Assembly: GCA_963705255.1 (NCBI GenBank)
Contig: OY970061.1
Location: 2,432,001 to 2,496,000 of the forward strand
DNA from: an uncultured Methanoregulaceae archaeon
Lineage (GTDB): Archaea; Halobacteriota; Methanomicrobia; Methanomicrobiales; Methanospirillaceae
Direction: 5' to 3'
DNA length: 64,000 nucleotides
The position numbers were made by a program, and so were the translations under genes. Shown here one piece after another: positions 19,271-27,892 of the stretch. Each line of letters opens with the position of its first letter. Within the stretch, counting starts at the first letter, position 1. The notes beneath the pieces are model-generated. The model had not been told where the DNA came from, made no database searches, and saw only the letters and a list, made by a program, of their open reading frames with translations.

Positions 19271-19321
19271 TGCACATTTAGGACTTAATGCACATTTAAT
19301 ATAAAGTGCACATTATGTGCA
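19271..19321. promoter_or_regulatory. TGCACAT operator array around the AbrB-gene promoter
   Basis: Three direct TGCACATT copies; the third forms the palindrome TGCACAT-T-ATGTGCA; an AT-rich TATA-like stretch lies between them. Confidence 0.55.
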
Positions 19322-19362
19322 TTAATTTATTTATTCTCATCTCATGCAAATCTCTACACCGA

Positions 19363-19435
19363 TGCCTGGTGAACCCAGTTCGTCGTATCCCGGATAAATA
19401 AAATAATCCCGAGTGCCCGCCCCCCGGCTGTAGAC
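19363..19435 (-). repeat. Right copy of the inverted repeat pair bracketing the island
   Basis: Reverse complement matches 1605-1674 (22-nt exact core). Confidence 0.7.
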
Positions 19436-19470
19436 CTCGAATCTTACGTGGCACTCATTCGTCCGGGAAA

Positions 19471-19910
19471 ATCTCACCAGTCACCGGTATACGGGACAAT
19501 GACGACACGATATTCTGTGACTCCCGGCGCCGGGAATAGAGATCTGTTTTATCACTCGCGGTTTGTGTATCCAGGTTCAGGCTATAGGAGACTGGTCCTC
19601 CCCGAACTGATCCCGCCGGGAGAAAAGCCACCCCGAAAAAACCAGGAAAAACAGGAAAAACTCAAGGGTCAGGTACCCCCCCACGTTGAGATGGTGAGTC
19701 CGTGCGAGCGGGCTGAAATAGAACAGCCAACTGATCCCGGTGATTGCAATTATTGCACCGGTAATTCCGTTTGTGGTAAAGAACCAAAAGAGAAATTTTT
19801 TTGACACGATCATTACCTCACCGGTTCCGGATACTTTCACAGTATACCGGTAAGCGGATTTCGGTATCCGGCATTTAACGTTTCTGACGCATTCGTCTAC
19901 TATTGTTCTC
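19471..19910 (+). repeat. Module repeat, copy 1 (small membrane gene plus promoter)
   Basis: Near-identical to 22202-22650 and, in part, to 27397-27730. Confidence 0.9.
19577..19813 (-). CDS. Small 2-TM membrane protein, copy 1
   Basis: MIVSKKFLFWFFTTNG...; GAGGT RBS; frame conserved in three copies. Confidence 0.6.
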   Translation of the reverse strand: MIVSKKFLFWFFTTNGITGAIIAITGISWLFYFSPLARTHHLNVGGYLTLEFFLFFLVFSGWLFSRRDQFGEDQSPIA

Positions 19911-19987
19911 ATACCGATCAAAATGGCATTTTCTCAACCGGAACCCGGTTCAAATGTTATATATAGTTATATAACAAAAATTATCTC

Positions 19988-20260
19988 ATGACATCGGAAG
20001 CCAGAGCAACCCATTCCCCCCAGCTTGATACGGTCCTGATGGTCGAGTCCTTCATCCGGGAGCATAGCGGGGAATATAAGAAACGCGCCCTGTGGGAGAA
20101 CCTGCCCAAGAAGATGATGTACCAGACATTTTCCACGATCATCGGCTACCTCCAGGACTCCGGGAAGATCGCAGCCGACGCAGACAAAAAAATCTGCTGG
20201 ATATATAATCCGGAACTTATAAATCGCTACCTCAGTAATAATAACCTGAAGATCCGATGA
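19988..20260 (+). CDS. wHTH protein, putative antitoxin/regulator
   Basis: 90 aa; overlaps a RelE-like gene; TTATATA upstream. Confidence 0.65.
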   Translation: MTSEARATHSPQLDTVLMVESFIREHSGEYKKRALWENLPKKMMYQTFSTIIGYLQDSGKIAADADKKICWIYNPELINRYLSNNNLKIR

Positions 20261-20586
20261 AATCTGCCCTCTACTTTGCTGACGATCAGGTCAGGCAGTC
20301 TTTTTTACAACTCCGCTCGGGAAGGGCCGAAGAGAAAGAGATTTACGATCAGCTGAACGGGGTTTTCGATATCATCGCCACAGATCCCTTCTGCGGGATC
20401 CAGGTCCCCAAACGGCTTATCCCGAAAGTTTACCTCACGAAATACGGGATTGACAACCTTTGGAAATTTAATTTCCATAAGAACTGGCGGCTGATGTATT
20501 CAGTTGCCGGTAACGGGACAGAGCTCGTGACCCTTGTTCTGGAATGGCTTCCGCATAAGGAATACGAGCGAAGGTTTCGGTACTGA
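20257..20586 (+). CDS. RelE/ParE-like toxin
   Basis: NLWKFNF..NWRLMYSV...VLEWLPHKEYERRF. Confidence 0.7.
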   Translation: MKSALYFADDQVRQSFLQLRSGRAEEKEIYDQLNGVFDIIATDPFCGIQVPKRLIPKVYLTKYGIDNLWKFNFHKNWRLMYSVAGNGTELVTLVLEWLPHKEYERRFRY

Positions 20587-20622
20587 TCAGGAGGATCTCC
20601 GCCCGCCCGCTGTTCACCCGCT

Positions 20623-20892
20623 TCAGGTGATGGTATTCCGGAGAATCTGCCACCGCTCCTCCATCACTCCCCGCGTCCTCTCCTTCACCAGCCGCCACAC
20701 CTTCCACGCCGAAACCGCCCCGATAACAATAAAACCCCCCGCAAGGCCGGACCAGCCATACCCGACCCCGCAGTCGTCCCCGCTGATGAATATCTCGTTG
20801 CACTCACGGGAAACGGTCACATAGATCAGGATAAGGCACAGGATGCTGAGGATAATGGCACCTGTATATGCGGGAAACGATCTGCAAAGCAT
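20623..20892 (-). CDS. Small membrane protein
   Basis: Two hydrophobic segments with a Cys pair in the loop. Confidence 0.4.
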   Translation of the reverse strand: MLCRSFPAYTGAIILSILCLILIYVTVSRECNEIFISGDDCGVGYGWSGLAGGFIVIGAVSAWKVWRLVKERTRGVMEERWQILRNTIT

Positions 20893-20953
20893 GTTATCCG
20901 GCAAAAAATCTATTTCATATACCAGACGAAACGTAGTGAACAGGTACGGCTCC

Positions 20954-21115
20954 ATGACGACCATGATAAAAAACCGGACACCGGTTCAGGTTCCTGCAGG
21001 CACCGGAAAAAAATCCCGGGCTACAGGGAAAAAACCCGTAGTAAAGGGCTTTTTCGGCCTGCTCCCGGACTGGACGATCGATACCCAGGCCCTTAAAGAT
21101 GAGCTGCGGGACTAA
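20954..21115 (+). CDS. Orphan VapB-like antitoxin fragment
   Basis: C-terminus KGFFGLLPDWTIDTQALKDELRD resembles archaeal antitoxin tails; no toxin follows. Confidence 0.4.
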   Translation: MTTMIKNRTPVQVPAGTGKKSRATGKKPVVKGFFGLLPDWTIDTQALKDELRD

Positions 21116-21284
21116 ACCATGCCCTCTTATGAACGACCCGGGGAGCGAAAAGATCAGGTCATATTCCCGGGAAAGGGAATAGGTCCCGAAATGCCGCATC
21201 AGCGCATCGTGGCAACCTGCCGGTGAACAACATTTCAAATAGTTCCATAGAAATATATTAATCAGGAAGCCAGAGGTGAAGAGT

Positions 21285-21437
21285 ATGGCAAAACCCATCG
21301 AGATCGGGCTGGTGCTGGAAGGAGAAGACGCCCGGCGGTTCCACAAATACATGGAGAACCCGAAGATCACAAAAGAAGGGCGCAACCTCATCCGCGAAGC
21401 CATCCAAATCGCAAAGAAAGAAAAGCTCTATGCCTGA
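21285..21437 (+). CDS. 50-aa antitoxin (resembles the DUF1778/TacA C-terminal part)
   Basis: Manual translation MAKPIEIGLVLEGEDARRFHKYMENPKIT...; GAGGTG RBS; overlaps the GNAT gene. Confidence 0.65.
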   Translation: MAKPIEIGLVLEGEDARRFHKYMENPKITKEGRNLIREAIQIAKKEKLYA

Positions 21438-21990
21438 TCTTTCCTATTCTGATATCGTCTTTAAGCCGCTTGACGCGTTTGATGATGTCTCTTCTTTTCA
21501 TTCAACGGAACAGGAGCTTGACGATTTTTTAAAAGAGGATGCCCTCAATAACCAGACGAACCGGCTCTCCGCGACATTTCTTGCCTGCTGGAATGACGAA
21601 CTGGCAGGATACTTCACGTTAATCAATGACAGTATCGTCGCGGAAGCAGTACATGAATCGGACCGTGAACCCTCCTGGGAATACCGCAAATATCCTGCCA
21701 TCAAGATCGCCCGGATGGCCCGTCACCGCGATTTCGACGGCCATGGTATCGGGACCATCATGCTTCTCCGGATTTTTATCATTGTACTGCATGTCTCGCA
21801 ATTCACCGGCTGCCGGATCATTACGGTTGATTCCAAACCCGGTGCTGTCGAATGGTACCGGAAGAAGGGGTTCACGCTTGCGCAGCTGAAACCACGCGAT
21901 GATACCATTCCACTCTACATGGACTTCCACCGGTTTGTGTCCCAGGAAGAGCAGCGTGTACCTGCGTCTCTTCATGACGTTTCTGAATGA
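21430..21990 (+). CDS. GNAT acetyltransferase toxin (TacT/AtaT-like)
   Basis: F.ST..ELDDFL, YPAIKIARMA...GHGIG, ITVDSK..AVEWY...GF. Confidence 0.85.
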   Translation: MPDLSYSDIVFKPLDAFDDVSSFHSTEQELDDFLKEDALNNQTNRLSATFLACWNDELAGYFTLINDSIVAEAVHESDREPSWEYRKYPAIKIARMARHRDFDGHGIGTIMLLRIFIIVLHVSQFTGCRIITVDSKPGAVEWYRKKGFTLAQLKPRDDTIPLYMDFHRFVSQEEQRVPASLHDVSE

Positions 21991-22201
21991 TTTTTTATCC
22001 GGGATGGATCTTCAGCATATCTTATCCGTAGCACCGGGAACGGAGGATAATGCAGCATACCCACGCAATGGTCTCGAAATCCTTCCACGAAGGGTCGTAC
22101 ATGATAGCTCAAAAGAATTCTCTGGTTATGAATATGCTCGCTCATCCGTCTACACAACATACTCCCGGCTCAATAAGCTCGGTCTGAATGCGGGCAAATC
22201 G

Positions 22202-22772
22202 GTCCGGGAAAATCTCACCAGTCACCGGTATACGGGACAATGACGACACGATATTCTATGACTCCCGGCGCCGGGAATAGAGATCTGTTTTATCACTCAC
22301 GGCTTGTGTATCCAGGTTCAGACTATGGGAGATTTGTCCTCCCTGAATTGATTTCGCCGGGAGAAAACATACCCTGAAAAAACCAGGACAAAAATGAAAA
22401 ACGCAAGGGTCAGGTACCCCAGTACGTTGAGATGGTGAGTACGTGCGAGCGGGCTGAAATAGAACAGCCAGCTGATCCCGGTGATTGCAATTATTGCACC
22501 GGTAATTCCGTTTGTGGTAAAGAACCAAAAGAGAAATTTTTTTGACACGATCATTACCTCACTGGTTCCGGATACTTTCACAGGATACCGGTAAGCGGAT
22601 TTCGGTATCCGCCACTTAACGTTTCTAACGCATTCATCTACGATTGCTCTTAAAGAACGGATAAAAATACAGCAGCCATTTCCCAGCCAGCAGCCCGGGA
22701 TACTCCAGTACATTGAGATGGTTAGACTCCCCTCACCTTACTTTCACCCCGCCAACCGGGTTCCTTATCCTT
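22202..22772 (+). repeat. Module repeat, copy 2
   Basis: Matches copy 1 over the 5' part and copy 3 over the 3' part. Confidence 0.9.
22318..22554 (-). CDS. Small 2-TM membrane protein, copy 2
   Basis: Paralog of 19577-19813. Confidence 0.6.
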   Translation of the reverse strand: MIVSKKFLFWFFTTNGITGAIIAITGISWLFYFSPLARTHHLNVLGYLTLAFFIFVLVFSGYVFSRRNQFREDKSPIV

Positions 22773-22813
22773 TGCGAATCCCGACACTTCATGGAGAGAG
22801 ACATCATCCGCTT

Positions 22814-24172
22814 ATGACCTTGCAAGAATCCGATACTGCTGAATTCAAGGAATCCTTCGATCGGGATGCCGTCGTTACTGCCGGTGCATTTGCAAACACC
22901 CAGGGCGGCACGATTTTTATTGGAATCACCGATAGGGGAAAAGTCGTCGGGACTCTGATCGGTACCGAATCTTTCAAAGAATGGGCCAACACCATCTCCC
23001 AAGGCACCGAACCCCGCCTGATTCCGGAAATCGAGGAACTATCCCGTGAAGGCAAACCTGTTGCAGCGATCCGTATCAAAGAAAATCCTCTCAAGCCAGT
23101 GTCAGTCAGGGGCAGGTGCTACCGGCGCGTCGGCTCCAGCAACCGGGCGATGCAGCCCCACGAGATCGCCGGGATGCACCTGCAATCCATTGGAAGCAGC
23201 TGGGATCTGACTCCTGCACCGAAAACCACGCTTGCTGATCTGGACCCGGCAAAAGTCGCCGATTATATCAGAAAAGCAAACGAGACCGGGAGACGGAATA
23301 TCGCACCCGGCGAATCCCCGCCAACCGTCCTCGAAAAGATCGGACTGGTCCATGACAACAAACCAACCTGGGCCGCAATCCTCCTCTTTGGAAAAGACCC
23401 GCAGCGGTACCTGTCACAAGCGACCATGCACTGTGGGCTCTTCGATCCAGACGAGATCGGCGTACTGGATGACCGCATGGTGAGGGGCGCGATCCTTGAG
23501 CAGGTCAATGATTCGATGGAATTTATCCGGAAGAATATCCGGGTCGCCTTCGTGATGACCGGGGAACCCGAACGCAGGCAGGTCTGGGACTACCCGGTCG
23601 AGGCACTCCGCGAAGCCGTCATCAATGCCATCTGTCACCGTGATTACACGATCAGTTCAGCAGTGGAGATACGGATACTCAGGGACTCCCTGAAGGTCTG
23701 GAGCCCCGGCCGCCTCGCACCCGGCATCACATTACCCGAACTGTTTACCTCGCACGCATCAGTCCTGCGGAATAAAGGAATTGCACAGGTATTGTATGAT
23801 ATCGGCTGGATTGAACGGTGGGGCGGCGGGATCCAGAAGATGCGCAGTGCGAGTGTTGAGGCCGGGATACCAGAACCGGTCTTCCAGGAAGACCAGGGCT
23901 TCTCGGTGATATTCCGGAAAGACATTTTCAGTAGCGAATATCTCAGTAAAGAAGGACTGAATGCCCGCCAGATTCAGGCAGTTGGATACATTCGGGAGAA
24001 AGGAAAAATAACCAATTCAGAACTTCAGGTCCTTGCATCAATTAAAAAACGTCAGGCGACAACAGATCTTAATGATCTCGAACAACGCCAGATCATTTCT
24101 CGTGTCGGGAAGACCGGCAAAGGTACTCATTATATTCTCAAAGGGGCACCAAAGGGGCTAAAGGGGCACTGA
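22814..24172 (+). CDS. Schlafen/AlbA_2 domain + RecG-C/HATPase_c_4 + HTH protein
   Basis: ESDTAEFKES, AFANTQGGTIFIGITD, ALREAVINAICHRDY, IERWGGGI, C-terminal HTH. Confidence 0.9.
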   Translation: MTLQESDTAEFKESFDRDAVVTAGAFANTQGGTIFIGITDRGKVVGTLIGTESFKEWANTISQGTEPRLIPEIEELSREGKPVAAIRIKENPLKPVSVRGRCYRRVGSSNRAMQPHEIAGMHLQSIGSSWDLTPAPKTTLADLDPAKVADYIRKANETGRRNIAPGESPPTVLEKIGLVHDNKPTWAAILLFGKDPQRYLSQATMHCGLFDPDEIGVLDDRMVRGAILEQVNDSMEFIRKNIRVAFVMTGEPERRQVWDYPVEALREAVINAICHRDYTISSAVEIRILRDSLKVWSPGRLAPGITLPELFTSHASVLRNKGIAQVLYDIGWIERWGGGIQKMRSASVEAGIPEPVFQEDQGFSVIFRKDIFSSEYLSKEGLNARQIQAVGYIREKGKITNSELQVLASIKKRQATTDLNDLEQRQIISRVGKTGKGTHYILKGAPKGLKGH

Positions 24173-24369
24173 AGGGGTATCATCGGGGGCAGAGACTGGA
24201 GAGATCCACGGTGAATGGGACGAGAGATGAACCGGGCGTCTCAAGAAACGCAATTAGCTCTTTGCCCCGTATGACCGGAAGCATTATGCCCCCGGGACTA
24301 TCTCAACCTCGCGGAATCCCACAAATGTATTGACAGGGTCAGAAGCTTGTGAATCCCGCCACGTAACGT

Positions 24370-24432
24370 TTCTAACGCGATCGTCTACCCGTCAGGCGTC
24401 CGGTAGATGACTGCGTTAGAATCGTTATATAT
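24370..24432. promoter_or_regulatory. Back-to-back 19-bp motifs followed by TATA box TTATATAT
   Basis: TTCTAACGCgatcGTCTAC...GTAGATgactGCGTTAGAAtcgTTATATAT; the same arrangement recurs at 30727. Confidence 0.65.
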
Positions 24433-24453
24433 CGGGTAACGAAATCCCCATTC

Positions 24454-24590
24454 GTGGACAGCCGGGGGTTGTCCCGAAAAGAAATGACGGGTTCACCAAG
24501 AGACGAACTTCGCTGGACCCGGTCCACCCGCAGGCATGCGATCATTATCGTAAATTCTCACGAGGATCTTCCCGTGCCCGGGTTGACAGC
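24454..24590 (+). ncRNA. Candidate structured leader RNA, copy 1
   Basis: Starts ~22 nt after the TATA box; GGACAGC/GTTGTCC and GGGTTCA/TGGACCC stems; three copies in the window. Confidence 0.45.
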
Positions 24591-24817
24591 AAGGGAAGTG
24601 ATAGCATAAACTCCACACACGGAAAGCAGAACAAAACCGGCGGTATCCGGCAGGATACCGTTCCGGTTAACGAAGAAGAGCGGGCATTTGCGCCTGACCG
24701 GGATGTACTCCGGAAGACGGAGATTCCCGTCACGGGCTTCCGGACAGGATCAAAAAGAAGACCGGGCAGCCCGGAATGCGGGGATCACGGGCCCGGGAAG
24801 ACGGAGGCGGGCACAGG

Positions 24818-25087
24818 ATGCCGAAGAGTAAATCCGTGACTGAAGGTGGTATTCCTCTCTATCTCCTGCCCCGGGCAATCGCCCGGCAGATCACCCGGAT
24901 CGGGGACCCGGTGTACCGCATCAGCGTGAAACGGACGCACTGGCATCATTACAACATATCCGTCAGGACAAAATCCCTGCCAAAGGAGCTTGCCCCGGCA
25001 CGGGTTACGGGACTGGAGGGTCCCGGGGATTCCGCCACGGAACACCGGCACAGTACCGGTGAGCCGGGCCTGGGGTGCGACGCATGA
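24818..25087 (+). CDS. Small basic hypothetical protein (ORF-A, copy 1)
   Basis: MPKSKSVTEGGIPLYLLP...; GGAGG RBS; paralog at 35910. Confidence 0.6.
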   Translation: MPKSKSVTEGGIPLYLLPRAIARQITRIGDPVYRISVKRTHWHHYNISVRTKSLPKELAPARVTGLEGPGDSATEHRHSTGEPGLGCDA

Positions 25088-25497
25088 CACGCGGGCCGCT
25101 ACCGACAGAGGCGATCAGGCAGGCAATAAAGAACGCGGCAGGACGCGGGACCGTGATGGACCGTGACCTGCTCCGGGAATCCTGGCTTGAATTCATCCTT
25201 TTCTGCCTAGGCCTTACGGTCTTTGTCCGGGTCCGGCGGTGCCGTTCGCACCTCATGAGTCCGGAGGATTGTGCCGCGGAATGTAAACAGGATATCCTGC
25301 ATCTCCGCAGGGTGCCACTGACCGGCGTCACCGCCCGCGAACTCTGGCTGTTATCACCGTGGGGGACCTGGCAGTATTTCCGGATTCTCGACGACCGGCT
25401 CATCGAGATCCGGGCGGATGGGACCCCGGTACTACAGGGAGTGGTGCCCGGGGTACCCCCGTCCTGCCCTGTATCATCGTCGGAGAGTGGGAAATGA
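25084..25497 (+). CDS. Hypothetical protein (ORF-B, copy 1), possible degenerate PD-(D/E)XK fold
   Basis: Paralog of 36176-36565; shared FVRV, RELWL and GTW.(Y/F)FR motifs. Confidence 0.6.
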   Translation: MTRGPLPTEAIRQAIKNAAGRGTVMDRDLLRESWLEFILFCLGLTVFVRVRRCRSHLMSPEDCAAECKQDILHLRRVPLTGVTARELWLLSPWGTWQYFRILDDRLIEIRADGTPVLQGVVPGVPPSCPVSSSESGK

Positions 25498-26060
25498 GAT
25501 CCCCTTTTTTGACGTATGGGGGTCTCACCCCCTTATTTTGGTGAAAAAAGCCAATCCGGGCTCGTATAGGGCTTCTTTTCCCTTTTTCCGGATTTCGCCG
25601 ACCGGCCTGTTTCGGCCCTTTTTTGGGAAGGTTTTTCTGGAAATGCTGATACTGCCCCGGATTACCAGACCGGGCTTATTACGAGGGATAAAACCGGCCT
25701 GTGTAGATCTGTTTGGTTCGAGGATAGGTCATGGATACGGGATTTAGGATGCGGGAGGCCAGGTGAAGGAATCGTTAAAACGGATTTTTGGGGGATCAGC
25801 CATCGGCGGATTTATGCTCCAGGTGTTCAATTGGAGATACATATTTTTCACGCATACTACCGGTCGTCCGGCACTTCCTCCACGCTTCGTGTCGGGGGAC
25901 GGGAAGTGCCAGATCTGCCCCCCACCCCCACACTTTCACCATCCCCCTGCCTCCGCCATATCCCCTTCTCCACCCATTCCCTCATATGAAAATCCAATCC
26001 GGGCCCCGGCACAGGCACTGGAATGGCGGGAAGCCTGATTTTTTTGAAAACTAAAAAAAT

Positions 26061-26267
26061 TCACCGGGATTTCTTCTTCCGGCGCTCTTTGATTCCGGCC
26101 ATAACCGTATCGAAATCCTTGTCAAGCCACTGCTTGCGCTCTTTCGTATAATCACCGCTCCCGTGTGAATAACTCTGGATGAACCGGATTGCATCGGCAG
26201 GCCCGAGGTTCTTCACCAGCAACCGGAACCCCTTGATCCTGATCTCATTCAATGTCTTCGCTTCCAT
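26061..26267 (-). CDS. Putative antitoxin paired with the PIN toxin
   Basis: EIR.KGF..LVK.LG...A.RFI......GDYT.ER..WL motif; overlaps the PIN gene. Confidence 0.7.
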   Translation of the reverse strand: MEAKTLNEIRIKGFRLLVKNLGPADAIRFIQSYSHGSGDYTKERKQWLDKDFDTVMAGIKERRKKKSR

Positions 26268-26712
26268 CCTTCGTCACCTCCATCAGCCACTGCACGGGAT
26301 TATGTACTCTGGTAATGATCTTGTCTTCGTGCCTCTTAATAGATTTTATCAGCGAGTCATCAGTGGTCAGGAAGACTGCACCTGCAGATCCTGCACAGGC
26401 AAGGTGAAGGGCATCAAAAGGATCCAGGCCGAACCGGTGATATCCCCGTGCAATAGCTTCGACCTCTTCATCGATCACGACACGGCTCTTAATAAACTGG
26501 AGAACACTCTCCACACTCTCCCTTCGTTCTTCATCAGATATCTCAAAAATCTCTGATTCTATTGCTTCGCTTCCCACCAGTTCCCAACCGGTCATACAAT
26601 GTTTGAGAATCTCGGTGATTGCCTCAGTCTCCATCCGGATCCGGTGAACCGTCTGGTCATCGAACGGCCTGCACAGGCAGCAAACGTCCAGATAGATCCT
26701 TTTTGGGGTCAT
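26245..26712 (-). CDS. PIN-domain (VapC-like) toxin
   Basis: IYLDVC..CRPFDDQ, DALHLACA, FLTTDD. Confidence 0.9.
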   Translation of the reverse strand: MTPKRIYLDVCCLCRPFDDQTVHRIRMETEAITEILKHCMTGWELVGSEAIESEIFEISDEERRESVESVLQFIKSRVVIDEEVEAIARGYHRFGLDPFDALHLACAGSAGAVFLTTDDSLIKSIKRHEDKIITRVHNPVQWLMEVTKDGSEDIE

Positions 26713-26749
26713 CCTGATCCTCTATTCTCATGCGGTACCAATAAATGAT

Positions 26750-27220
26750 TGGATCGGCCCGGAGATCAAGAAACGAATCCTCGCGTGTATCGCATCTGCC
26801 GATGTGGATATTGCCTACTGTGTGCTCCGGAAAGAACAGGTCTACCCGCATCTGCGATCAAATCACCAGATAGTATACAATTACCTGACCGGGTCTCTCA
26901 TCTCCCACATTGTCCAGCGATTTTATGATGGCGGCCCTGTTGAGATTACCGTGGATAAATCCCTTAATGGGATCCAGCGGGAAGCCTTCGATCAATATCT
27001 CGTGTACAAAACGTTTGAAAAGAACCTGGGAACTGATCTCACTGCAATTCCCCTTGAGATCGAGCATGCCGATTCAAAGAATGAGCCCGGTATCCAGGCC
27101 GCCGATTTCATTGCGGGAGCATTGCATTATTATTACCGGACAGATGATGACACATTCTCCGGTATCATCGATGAAAAGGTCACGCTGGCATTTGATTATT
27201 TCAAAGGTCCGCAGAAATGA
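26750..27220 (+). pseudogene. DUF3800-family protein, 5'-truncated
   Basis: C-terminal DSKNEPGIQAADFIAGA is present; the N-terminal DESG motif and a start are absent. Confidence 0.7.
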
Positions 27221-27222
27221 AC

Positions 27223-27294
27223 AGTGAACCCTTCCCTACTTCGTCCCATCCACCTCAGGGTGGCATCATCCTTTTCGGGAAGGACTTACTCACT
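27223..27294 (+). ncRNA. Candidate DUF3800-associated structured RNA
   Basis: AGTGA/TCACT closing stem with CCACC-TCAG-GGTGG and TCCTTT-TCGG-GAAGGA hairpins, directly after the stop. Confidence 0.5.
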
Positions 27295-27396
27295 GATCTA
27301 TACATATGTCACTCAATATTAATAAATTTCCATAAGTTACCTATCCCGGATTTTACGATGACATGCTCTCCCTTTTGAGCGTCAAACCTCTCACGA

Positions 27397-27852
27397 TTCA
27401 GGCTATGGGAAATTAGTCCTCCCCGAATTCATATCGCCGGTAAAAAACCCACCCCGAAAAAACCAGGACAAAAATGAAAAACGCAAGGGTCAGGTACCCC
27501 AGTACGTTGAGATGGTGAGTGCATGCGAGCGGGCTGAAATAGAACAGCCAGCCGATCCCGGTGATTGCAATTATTGCACCGGTAATCCCGTTTGTGGTAA
27601 AGAACCAAAAGAGAAATTTTTCTGGCACGATCATTACCTCACTGGTTCCGGATACTTTCATAGGATACCGGTAAGCGGATTCCGGTATCCGCCACGTAAC
27701 GTTTCTAACGCATTCATCTACGATTGCTCTCAAAGAACGGATAAAAATACAGCAGCCATTTCCCAGCCAGCAGCCCGGGATACTCCAGTACATTGAGATG
27801 GTGAGACTCCCCTCACCTTACTTTCACCCTGCCAACCGGGCTCCTTATTCTT
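27397..27852 (+). repeat. Module repeat, copy 3
   Basis: Near-identical to 22317-22772. Confidence 0.9.
27413..27634 (-). CDS. Small 2-TM membrane protein, copy 3
   Basis: Paralog of 19577-19813. Confidence 0.6.
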   Translation of the reverse strand: MIVPEKFLFWFFTTNGITGAIIAITGIGWLFYFSPLACTHHLNVLGYLTLAFFIFVLVFSGWVFYRRYEFGED

Positions 27853-27892
27853 ACCGGCAACGACTTTCCGGGTACAGGTACACGAGTCCGCT

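Noticed and set aside
24370-24421. Palindrome as an integron attC or other recombination site
   Set aside because: Half-sites also occur singly, always at fixed spacing from a TATA box, and no integrase is present; an operator fits better.
25500-26050. ORFs 25418-25747, 25763-26038 and similar ones at 36570-37100
   Set aside because: Low-complexity, homopolymer-rich DNA without RBS, codon bias or motifs.
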